Notes under the pieces: generated by a model
Databases searched by the model: none
Told to the model about the DNA's origin: nothing
The model's input: the letters and a program-made list of their open reading frames with translations, nothing else
Position numbers and translations under genes: made by a program
DNA from: Flavobacteriales bacterium
Lineage (GTDB): Bacteria; Bacteroidota; Bacteroidia; Flavobacteriales_D; Sanyastnellaceae
Direction: 5' to 3'
NCBI GenBank assembly: GCA_022428285.1
Contig: JAKMCX010000099.1
Location: forward strand, 1-63,872
Length of the DNA stretch: 63,872 nucleotides
Shown here: one piece after another, positions 10,201 through 16,402 of the stretch
How the letters are laid out: the number at the start of each line of letters is the position of its first letter
Position numbering within the stretch: the stretch's first letter is position 1

Positions 10201-11834
10201 ACGCAACGGTGGACGATGGCAGCTGTCTGTTCATTCCCAACGTCACGATTCAGGAAATCAACCAAGACCTGACCACAGGGATTGTCACCACCAGCGGTAT
10301 CGTCACCGGCGTTTACCTGACAGATGACGGCTCTTTTGGAAACCAGGCGGCATTCACCATTCAAAATGGCACGGGCGCTTTCTCAGGATACTGGGTGCGC
10401 GGTTCCGATGCCACGGCAGAATCCATTGGCAACGTGCAGGAAGGCGACGAAGTTGAAATCACGGGAACACCTGACAGCTGGTTTGGCAACGATTACTTCC
10501 CGAACCCGACCATCAACGTCATCTCCTCTGGAAACCCACTGCCCGCGGCAGAGGTCATCGCCACAGGCGACGTGAGCTTGGAAGAGTGGGAAGCTGTATT
10601 GCTGTCCATAACGGCGGAGTGTGACAACCCCGACCTCGGCTTTGCAGAGTGGAGCATCAACGATGGTAGTGGTGGTGCACGGGTCAATGACCGCGCCTAT
10701 GACGCCTTTGGCGCTGGAGTGGTCGAAGCAGGCCGCACCTACCGCGTTACCGCACCCACCGGATATGCCTACGGCAACTGGAAATTGGAGCCACGCGACT
10801 CCACCGACGTGGTGCGTTTGGGTTGTACCGACGCGACCTTCCCGAACTACTGGCCGCTGGCCAACGAAGACGATGGTTCTTGCGCCAACATCCCAGGGTG
10901 TACTGACCCTGCAGCCGATAACTACAACCCGGATGCGACGTCCGACGACGGCAGTTGTGTCATCACAGGTTGTACCGATGAGACGGCTTTGAACTTCGAC
11001 GCGACCGCCACAGAAGCTGACAACACGCTCTGCTACTACACACTCCCCAACATCATTGTAAACGAAATCCACTACAACCCCTGCGACAACCAGGGGGGTG
11101 ACTTCGATTGGGAGTTCGTGGAGTTCTACAATGCAGGCGACGAGGCCGACATCAGCGGCTACGAAGTGTGGTCTGCTTTCTCCAACCCCACGTCTTTGGC
11201 CTTCGCCATGTCCTTCCCTGAAGGAACAATCATCCCTGCAGACAGCTACTTCTTGGTGGTTCCAGGTTTGGTGGCACAGTCCAACTACGAGGCCATGGGA
11301 ATCACTGTATTCCTCATGGACAATGGAAACTGGGGCAACGGCGGTGGTACTGCTCAGCTGCAGGATGCCTTCGGAAACGTTGTGGATGCAGTCACTTACG
11401 ACGATGCAGCACCTTGGCCTTCTCAGGAGATCAGCGTGCTGGGCAACATCTTGGCAGCCAGCCCTGACGGCGGTTGCGCTTCTTTGGAGCTCATTGCGAC
11501 CAACCTCAACAACGACGATGCCGACAACTGGCAGAACAGCTGGGTCGACAACGGAACTCCAGGAGCAGCCAACAGTTCTGCCTTCGGTTGTACCGATGGT
11601 ACTTCTTGCAACTACTTGGCTACCGCCTTGTTTGACGACGGAAGCTGCACCTACGATTGCTTGGGATGTACCTACGAGTCCGCATCGAACTACAGTGCAG
11701 ATGCGATCATCGACGATGGAACCTGTGAGTTGACTGTGGCCAATCCTTGTCCATCAGACCTCAATGGAGACGGCACGACCTCGGTCAGTGACCTGTTGAT
11801 CCTCCTCGGTGCGTTTGCCACCGACTGCGAATAA
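7215..11834 (+). CDS. Large secreted mosaic surface protein (lamin-tail-like x3, cupredoxin-like, OB-like module x3, Cys mini-module x9, C-terminal dockerin-like tag)
   Basis: 4620-nt ORF with ATG at 7215. Signal peptide MRTFLLSIAVLLTAALSA/QT. A strong terminator hairpin lies 23 nt downstream. Internal repeats were read directly from the translation. Confidence 0.9.
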   Translation: MRTFLLSIAVLLTAALSAQTAHLAMLADPTDASNARFVKIANNSGSPVDLSGWYLKRWTNGNLDPQSSQISLTDLGTLNDGSCVYIAQSASGFEGAYGFAPDLVGGTGGAVDSNGDDQVALYDGGDNIVDFFGVIGEDGSDTCHDFEDGYALRTTSAPDGATWIGANWTIYSDFSNATGCVDHNPNQEQTAADIALLVSECGANVVSDDNACGVSGVVVEAGAYFYAPADLEVAIGDTVVWVNVGGSHDVNGNISALTGNSYGNPEAFSLAVASGGTAEAPTCIGSYTFTVPGVYNYDCSVGNHASLGMVATVTVGTGGCTDSTATNYNAGVDFEDGSCTFPSAATISAIQQDMGADDDGTFDGQEVTVSAIVTGVYGSNTSIQDGEGPWSGIFVYVSGGLLDGVTPVAVGDSVMVTGTVGSFSGGTQLSSASATILNSGNALPAPAVLSTADANLEEYEGVLCQVTGAITGEVNNFGEFPIDDGSGNHNVDDLGYDGYTEQGAMIGDSYRVTGAINGGFGNSIEPRDADDFQKLGCTNPAADNYDANAIIDDDSCNVVDGAIAISTIQQGQSLDPPVFTDSLVTVSGTVTGVYGSLFSVQQGQGANSGIFGFNPEVALTIGDFVSLTGVVNEYFGLTQLEGVDGNPIATSILSQGNDLPAVEVLGTGAANMEEWEAVLVQSTGTVSSPDLGNGEWGMDDTSGELRVDDRGWDHQTTGEVVINAQFQVTGPLHYSFGNYKLLPRDEADVLLYGCVLPNADNYTPGSDIDDGSCTGSEPCNLFFSECAEGSSNNKYLEVYNPTSSPVSLALYTIASQSNGANNTDPAAEEWDFWNDIFPTGGSLAAGETFMIVHPSADAALLDSADATWQFLSNGDDAFALMFSATASFGNGGDWDLLDVIGEPYGLDPGSAWDVAGVTNGTQNHTLRRKSNISFGNGGDWTTSAGTSAEDSEWIVLDNDYALNNGLDGFNSHEFTGLCATSSEGCTDPLALNYDPNATVDDGSCLFIPNVTIQEINQDLTTGIVTTSGIVTGVYLTDDGSFGNQAAFTIQNGTGAFSGYWVRGSDATAESIGNVQEGDEVEITGTPDSWFGNDYFPNPTINVISSGNPLPAAEVIATGDVSLEEWEAVLLSITAECDNPDLGFAEWSINDGSGGARVNDRAYDAFGAGVVEAGRTYRVTAPTGYAYGNWKLEPRDSTDVVRLGCTDATFPNYWPLANEDDGSCANIPGCTDPAADNYNPDATSDDGSCVITGCTDETALNFDATATEADNTLCYYTLPNIIVNEIHYNPCDNQGGDFDWEFVEFYNAGDEADISGYEVWSAFSNPTSLAFAMSFPEGTIIPADSYFLVVPGLVAQSNYEAMGITVFLMDNGNWGNGGGTAQLQDAFGNVVDAVTYDDAAPWPSQEISVLGNILAASPDGGCASLELIATNLNNDDADNWQNSWVDNGTPGAANSSAFGCTDGTSCNYLATALFDDGSCTYDCLGCTYESASNYSADAIIDDGTCELTVANPCPSDLNGDGTTSVSDLLILLGAFATDCE
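7278..7673 (+). other. Lamin-tail-like domain 1
   Basis: ARFVKIANNSGSPVDLSGWYLKRW ... DQVALYDGGDNIVDFFG matches the remembered LTD pattern (EfvElyN..g..vdLsGw.l ... D.v.L.d..g..vD). Confidence 0.55.
7863..8159 (+). other. Cupredoxin (plastocyanin/azurin-like) domain with candidate type-1 Cu ligands
   Basis: VVVEAGAYFYAPADLEVAIGDTVVWVNVGGSHDVNG ... YNYDCSVGNHASLGMVATVTV. Candidate ligands are His248 (7956-7958), Cys299 (8109-8111), His304 (8124-8126) and Met309 (8139-8141). Confidence 0.65.
8169..8231 (+). repeat. Cys-bounded mini-module copy 1 (GCTDSTATNYNAGVDFEDGSC)
   Basis: Consensus G-C-T-D-x3-A-x-N-Y-x4-5-A-x2-D-D-G-S-C, read from the translation. Confidence 0.9.
8232..8819 (+). repeat. 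196-aa OB-like module, copy 1 of 3
   Basis: ISAIQQD..GQEVTVSAIVTGVYGS..WSGIFVY..GDSVMVTGTVGSFSGGTQL .. EEYEGVLCQVTG .. YRVTGAINGGFGNSIEPRDADD. The first half resembles the YhcR / ExeM-NucH nuclease OB fold (from memory). Confidence 0.8.
8820..8882 (+). repeat. Cys-bounded mini-module copy 2 (GCTNPAADNYDANAIIDDDSC)
   Basis: Same consensus as copy 1. Confidence 0.9.
8883..9470 (+). repeat. 196-aa OB-like module, copy 2 of 3
   Basis: ISTIQQG..DSLVTVSGTVTGVYGS..NSGIFGF..GDFVSLTGVVNEYFGLTQL .. MEEWEAVLVQSTG .. FQVTGPLHYSFGNYKLLPRDEAD. Exactly the same length as copy 1. Confidence 0.8.
9471..9533 (+). repeat. Cys-bounded mini-module copy 3 (GCVLPNADNYTPGSDIDDGSC)
   Basis: Same consensus. Confidence 0.9.
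9534..10163 (+). other. Lamin-tail-like domain 2
   Basis: LFFSECAEGSSNNKYLEVYNPTSSPVSLALYTI ... NGDDAFALM, an LTD-like pattern as in ExeM/NucH-type proteins. Confidence 0.55.
10164..10226 (+). repeat. Cys-bounded mini-module copy 4 (GCTDPLALNYDPNATVDDGSC)
   Basis: Same consensus. Confidence 0.9.
10227..10820 (+). repeat. 198-aa OB-like module, copy 3 of 3
   Basis: VTIQEINQD..TSGIVTGVYLT..FSGYWVR..GDEVEITGTPDSWFGNDYF .. LEEWEAVLLSITA .. YRVTAPTGYAYGNWKLEPRDSTD. Confidence 0.8.
10821..11033 (+). repeat. Cys-bounded mini-modules copies 5-7 in tandem (10821-10883, 10896-10958, 10968-11033)
   Basis: GCTDATFPNYWPLANEDDGSC / GCTDPAADNYNPDATSDDGSC / GCTDETALNFDATATEADNTLC. Confidence 0.9.
11034..11585 (+). 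other. Lamin-tail-like domain 3
   Basis: IIVNEIHYNPCDNQGGDFDWEFVEFYNAGDEADISGYEV ... GGTAQLQDAFGNVVDAVTY, the clearest LTD-type pattern of the three. Confidence 0.65.
11586..11726 (+). repeat. Cys-bounded mini-modules copies 8-9 (11586-11648, 11664-11726)
   Basis: GCTDGTSCNYLATALFDDGSC / GCTYESASNYSADAIIDDGTC. Confidence 0.9.
11748..11831 (+). other. C-terminal Cys-flanked dockerin/EF-hand-like tag (single repeat)
   Basis: The last 28 residues are CPSDLNGDGTTSVSDLLILLGAFATDCE: a D-x-N-x-D-G Ca-loop plus DLLxLL helix, bounded by Cys. No T9SS-type tail. Confidence 0.6.
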
Positions 11835-11856
11835 TACCGCAGCCAATACGACTTGA

Positions 11857-11892
11857 GAAAGGCAGTGCATTCCGCACTGCCTTTCTTTTTTT
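11857..11892 (+). terminator. Rho-independent terminator of the 1539-aa gene
   Basis: Perfect 12-bp stem GAAAGGCAGTGC / GCACTGCCTTTC, 5-nt loop ATTCC, followed by T7. Confidence 0.8.
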
Positions 11893-11944
11893 GCGACCTT
11901 CACCTCCCCGGCAGCCTGATGGCCGAGGTTTTCAATCCCCCGCG

Positions 11945-13642
11945 ATGTCAAACTTGGTCGAAGTCTTGAATTTGCTCGGTGCCTTGGCGCTGTTCATCTA
12001 CGGGATGGTGGTCATGAGCGGTTCCATCCAGCGCCTGACCGGCAGCCGCATGCGGCGCGCGGTCGGGAGGGTGACCCGCAAGCCTGAACGGGCCTATTTG
12101 GCGGGCCTTACCCTCACGGGAGTATTGCAATCGAGCAGCGCCATCTCTGTGATCGCTGTCAGCTTTGCGCAGGTTGGATTGCTGCGCCTTTCAGAGGCTT
12201 ACTTCCTCATGTTGGGGGCCAATGTCGGCACCACTGTTACGGCATGGCTTGTGGCCCTGACCATCAGCAAACCCTCGCTCGGTGGGCTGGCACTGCCCCT
12301 GTTGGCGTTTGCGCTGCCCTTGATGTTCTTCAAGCGCCGTCGGACACGCACCCTTGGGGAAGCCATCATCGGCTTCTCCCTGATGTTCGTGGGTTTGGGG
12401 TTGCTCAAAGAAGGCGTGCCACCCATCACAGAGGCTGGCTTGGCGGGGTTTTTGGACTTCTTCAATGTGGGGGGCATTGGTTCCATCCTCGGGGCCGTGC
12501 TCATCGGCATTCTGACGACCATCGCTTTGCAGAGTTCTTCGGCGGTCATGGCGCTCGTCATTACCCTCGCCGCAGGAGGCGTCGTCACGGAATTCACCGG
12601 TGCTGCCGTCATTTTGGGTGCCAACATCGGCACCACATCCACGGCCATCTTGGCATCCCTTGTAGCAGGCCGAGAGGCGCGCAGGGTGGCGGCTGTGCAC
12701 TTTCTGCTCAACGCAGTGGGTGTGGCCCTCTTTCTTCCGCTGCTCCAACCTGTTTTGGATTTGGTGCGTTGGTTTTTGGAGCCCGGCGGCGTCTTTTTGG
12801 GGGGCATCGGCGTCTTTCTGGCCCTTTTTCATACCCTTTTCAATGTGATCGTCACGGGGGTTTTCGGGTTGTTTCCAAAGCCGATCCTATGGATGGCCCG
12901 CAAACTGGTCCCCGGAGAAGGGGTCCGGGATTTCCGTTCGCCATTGGTGGCGGCCAGCGCCATGGACGCCCCTGAACTGCAGGTGTTGGAGGCACAGCGC
13001 GAGGCGGAACATCACCATGAATTGGGGGTCAAGATGATGGGTGAACTCGAGACCATGATGGCACAGGTTGATCCGACCAAAAGAGACAGGTCTTCGGACC
13101 GTGTCGGGGAATTGCGGAGCCTGAGCGGCCGATATGAATCCGAGTTAAAGGCCTTCTTGGAACGGTTGGCACGGGGCAAGATTTCAGGAGCGACGTACAG
13201 GCAGGTGCAGTTTCTATTGGAATGGTCCACCGAAATCAGCCAGGTGGTGGAACTCTTGCACGTTTTCATGGAGGTTCAAATCGACAGGGAACGCAACGAG
13301 GTCTTTTTTGCACCCAAACAACGCACCCGCTTGGTGTCCATGCTGGGAGAGCTCACCTTGGGAATGGAAGCGATGGGACCGCTGAATGGCCCGACGGTGC
13401 TGGGCCGCAAATCTGCCCGAGACCATTTAAATCAAGTGGAGTTGCACTTGTCCAGTGCCAACGTGATCCGGGAACAGATGCGCACAAAGCACCTCGAGGA
13501 TGCCAGAAAGGGGCGCTACTCTGTGGAGAGCGGCATGACGTTCAACGAAATGGGAAACCTGCTCGAGGAAATCGGACTCCGTTTGGGAATCCTGGCTTCC
13601 AAGTACGAGGAGATTTTTATGGCTTCGTCACTGAAGCGGTGA
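11945..13642 (+). CDS. Na+/phosphate cotransporter family protein (NptA-like with PhoU-like C-terminal half)
   Basis: ATG at 11945 (the listed ORF begins at TTG 11891, inside the terminator). Duplicated LQSSSA..GAN(V/I)GTT motifs. Helical soluble C-terminal domain. Confidence 0.85.
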   Translation: MSNLVEVLNLLGALALFIYGMVVMSGSIQRLTGSRMRRAVGRVTRKPERAYLAGLTLTGVLQSSSAISVIAVSFAQVGLLRLSEAYFLMLGANVGTTVTAWLVALTISKPSLGGLALPLLAFALPLMFFKRRRTRTLGEAIIGFSLMFVGLGLLKEGVPPITEAGLAGFLDFFNVGGIGSILGAVLIGILTTIALQSSSAVMALVITLAAGGVVTEFTGAAVILGANIGTTSTAILASLVAGREARRVAAVHFLLNAVGVALFLPLLQPVLDLVRWFLEPGGVFLGGIGVFLALFHTLFNVIVTGVFGLFPKPILWMARKLVPGEGVRDFRSPLVAASAMDAPELQVLEAQREAEHHHELGVKMMGELETMMAQVDPTKRDRSSDRVGELRSLSGRYESELKAFLERLARGKISGATYRQVQFLLEWSTEISQVVELLHVFMEVQIDRERNEVFFAPKQRTRLVSMLGELTLGMEAMGPLNGPTVLGRKSARDHLNQVELHLSSANVIREQMRTKHLEDARKGRYSVESGMTFNEMGNLLEEIGLRLGILASKYEEIFMASSLKR

Positions 13643-14138
13643 TCAGGGTGTCGCTCGATTGGAGCGTCCGGTCCACAATGTGCACAGCGAATCTGAGGGT
13701 GTCCCATGCTGAGCTCAGGTAGTAGCGGGGTTCCAGGTCTACGGTGATGGTCCCGCGTTGGGCTTTGTTCTGACCGGTTGGGGCAATCAAAGGCGCACGG
13801 TAGTAAAATGGCACTTCACCAATTTCAGGGTTGAGCTCAATGGTGGTCCATTCACCATCCCGCAACTCCTGGTATTCGCAAAAGACATTGTGGTGGAAAG
13901 GGCAGAGGGGACAGAAGACATCGGTAGTGTCGGCTTGTTCTAGGCCGAAATTCCCATCGCCGTCTTCGAACCCAATGATCAAGGTGCCCGTTTCTCCTGC
14001 GGTGAGCAGTTCAATGGAAGTCAAGTTGGGCTCAGGGGGGAGCGATACCGGCGTTTCACATCCCGATGCCAGCAGCAACAGCGCGGCCATGACCACAGTA
14101 GGCCGTCCTGAACTTTTGCTTGAGAACCCGTTGCACAT
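13617..14138 (-). CDS. Hypothetical lipoprotein
   Basis: Lipobox-like MAALLLLASGC near the N-terminus. No family recognised. The 3' end overlaps the convergent transporter gene by 26 nt. Confidence 0.5.
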   Translation of the reverse strand: MCNGFSSKSSGRPTVVMAALLLLASGCETPVSLPPEPNLTSIELLTAGETGTLIIGFEDGDGNFGLEQADTTDVFCPLCPFHHNVFCEYQELRDGEWTTIELNPEIGEVPFYYRAPLIAPTGQNKAQRGTITVDLEPRYYLSSAWDTLRFAVHIVDRTLQSSDTLITASVTKP

Positions 14139-14168
14139 GGTGGGAAATTAAGCCGCATTTTGCAGCCC

Positions 14169-15299
14169 ATGTCTACAGGCGGTCCTCCTTTGGAAGATGT
14201 TGTGACGCCCACCGGTTCTGCGGAGGGGGTGGCCCTCTGGCATGCCGTTTCGGATTTCATGACAAGCGGCGGCGACCAAGCCGAGCCAGAGGCGTTCAAT
14301 CGTCTGGCTTTGCAGGTGTTTCGTTTTCAATTCCAGGGCTGCGCTTTGTACAACAAGTGGTGCAGGTACTTGGGGTGGTCGGACGCCGATGCCGCAAGCG
14401 TAGGCCGGTGGCAGGACATTCCCACGATGCCGGTTGAGGCCTTTCGATGGGGACAGGTCCAGACAGAAGGCATCGCAGAAAACCGGCCGCCCGTGGTATT
14501 TCGGACCAGCGGAACAACAGGAGCTGACCGCGGCACCCACCGCGTCCTCACTCCAGGGCTATACCGGACATCTGCCACGGTTGGATTTTCGGACCGCTTC
14601 GGACCTCCTGGGGACGGAGGGGCTGTCGTCTTGGGACTGCTTCCCGGATACCTCGAAAGGCCCGATAGCAGTTTGGTGCACATGGTAACGCTGCTGCGCG
14701 AGCAAGGTTGGATGGAAGCAGGTGGCCATCCAGCGGGCGGATTTTTCCTCGACAATGTCGAAGCCTTGTTCGAGGCCATGGGGTCCATACAAGCGACCGG
14801 CCGCACAGTGGTGCTCATTGGCGTCACCTGGGCTTTGGTCGATGCGGCCGAAGCCTGGAAGCGCTCCGGGAGGCCACCGCTCACAGAAAGGGTTCACATC
14901 GCCATCACCGGGGGCATGAAGGGACGGCGAGAGGAGTGGGTGTCTGAACGGGTAAGGAGCACGATTCAAAGGGGATTTGGATGTCGGACTGTGGCAGGAG
15001 AATACGGCATGACGGAACTGCTCAGTCAGGCTTGGTCATTGAAAGATGGCCTGTACGAAACCCCGCCGTGGATGCGCATTCGCATCCGGCGCACCGACGA
15101 TGCGCTGTCCATCAATGACTCCGGAGCAACAGGAGGAGTGGACGTCATCGACCTGGCCAATTTGGCAAGTTGTTCCTTTCTTTCCACGCAGGATTTGGCG
15201 AGGCCAAGCACACCAAAAATCGAGGGAATACAGGCCTTTGAGCTCTTGGGGAGGTTTGACCGTTCCGAGGTGAGGGGGTGCAATTTGCTCGTGGATTGA
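14169..15299 (+). CDS. LuxE/PaaK-family acyltransferase-like (adenylate-forming) protein
   Basis: FNRLALQVFRFQFQGCALYNKWCRYLGW..IPTMPVEAFRW..VVFRTSGTTG resembles the Flavobacteria-type LuxE-like acyl transferase (from memory). First ATG at 14169. Confidence 0.6.
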   Translation: MSTGGPPLEDVVTPTGSAEGVALWHAVSDFMTSGGDQAEPEAFNRLALQVFRFQFQGCALYNKWCRYLGWSDADAASVGRWQDIPTMPVEAFRWGQVQTEGIAENRPPVVFRTSGTTGADRGTHRVLTPGLYRTSATVGFSDRFGPPGDGGAVVLGLLPGYLERPDSSLVHMVTLLREQGWMEAGGHPAGGFFLDNVEALFEAMGSIQATGRTVVLIGVTWALVDAAEAWKRSGRPPLTERVHIAITGGMKGRREEWVSERVRSTIQRGFGCRTVAGEYGMTELLSQAWSLKDGLYETPPWMRIRIRRTDDALSINDSGATGGVDVIDLANLASCSFLSTQDLARPSTPKIEGIQAFELLGRFDRSEVRGCNLLVD

Positions 15300-15346
15300 A
15301 GCCATCCTTTGGCATCCATCAAGTCGGCACCTAGCTTCGCGCCACC

Positions 15347-16396
15347 ATGGAATCCGTCATCGCCTTGCTGGGGTTCACACTGGCCGCCTATTCGGTGGTT
15401 GGAAACGACAGCATCCAGACGCTGGGCACGTTTTTGACGTCCAACGAAGACAAGCCTTGGTGGTTGCTGTGGATCTTTGCCGGCGGCATCATGGCCATCG
15501 TGGTGACCATGGGCTACTTGGGCCTCGGGGAGTACCTCGGGGGCCGTGGTGGAGACCTCACATTTGGCAAGTATGCGGGCCTGTTTCAAGACCCCTCAAA
15601 GCCCATCGACTTTCCTACAATCAGCATCTGGTACGTTTTGCCACCCTTGGCATTGTTGGCCATTACGCGGTTGGGCATTCCTGTGAGCACCACCTTTTTG
15701 GTGCTGACCTTCTTTGCACCCAAAGCCTTGCCCAAAATGCTCGTCAAGAGCCTCGGGGGCTATGGTGTCGCTTTCATTTTTGCCATCCTGGCTTTTGTGG
15801 CGTTGAGCAGGATCACGGAGCGCTATTTCCTAAAGAATCCGATGGAAGAAGACCGCGGAATCCTGCGCTCGAAGCGGTTCTGGACGGTCACGCAATGGCT
15901 CGCTACGGGCTTCTTGTGGAGCCAGTGGCTGACGCAAGATTTGGTCAACATCTTGGTTTATTTGGGAGATCCCGCTGATGTCCCGCTGTGGAAGTTCTTG
16001 TTTGCCTTGGTGGTGTTGGTGGGCATGCTGGGCTACATCTTCTACCAGAGGGGCGGAGAGATCCAGAAGATCGTTCGGGTAAAGACCAATACGGCCGACA
16101 TCCGGTCGGCCACGTTCATTGACCTCTTCTATGGATTGGTGTTGCTGACCTTCAAGTTTGATACGTTCGGCATCGGTGCCAAGGTGCCCATGAGCACCAC
16201 TTGGGTGTTCCTTGGGATGTTGGCTGGCCGTGAAGTCGCCCTGCGTTTGCGCCTTCACGAACTGGACAGCACAAGGGTGTGGCCCATGGTACTCAGTGAC
16301 CTTGGAAAGGCCACTTTGGGCCTGGTCATCAGCGTATTGCTGGTGGTATTCCTCTACTTGGTAGAGGGCAGAGAGCTGGCCGCTCTTTTTGGTTGA
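15347..16396 (+). CDS. Polytopic membrane protein with distant PiT/PHO4-like motifs (tentative)
   Basis: 349 aa with about 9-10 hydrophobic spans. GNDSIQT near the N-terminus, plus IPVSTTF and VPMSTTW, resemble the PiT signatures GANDxxN / P-x-S-T-T. Confidence 0.55.
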   Translation: MESVIALLGFTLAAYSVVGNDSIQTLGTFLTSNEDKPWWLLWIFAGGIMAIVVTMGYLGLGEYLGGRGGDLTFGKYAGLFQDPSKPIDFPTISIWYVLPPLALLAITRLGIPVSTTFLVLTFFAPKALPKMLVKSLGGYGVAFIFAILAFVALSRITERYFLKNPMEEDRGILRSKRFWTVTQWLATGFLWSQWLTQDLVNILVYLGDPADVPLWKFLFALVVLVGMLGYIFYQRGGEIQKIVRVKTNTADIRSATFIDLFYGLVLLTFKFDTFGIGAKVPMSTTWVFLGMLAGREVALRLRLHELDSTRVWPMVLSDLGKATLGLVISVLLVVFLYLVEGRELAALFG

Positions 16397-16402
16397 TGGG
16401 CG

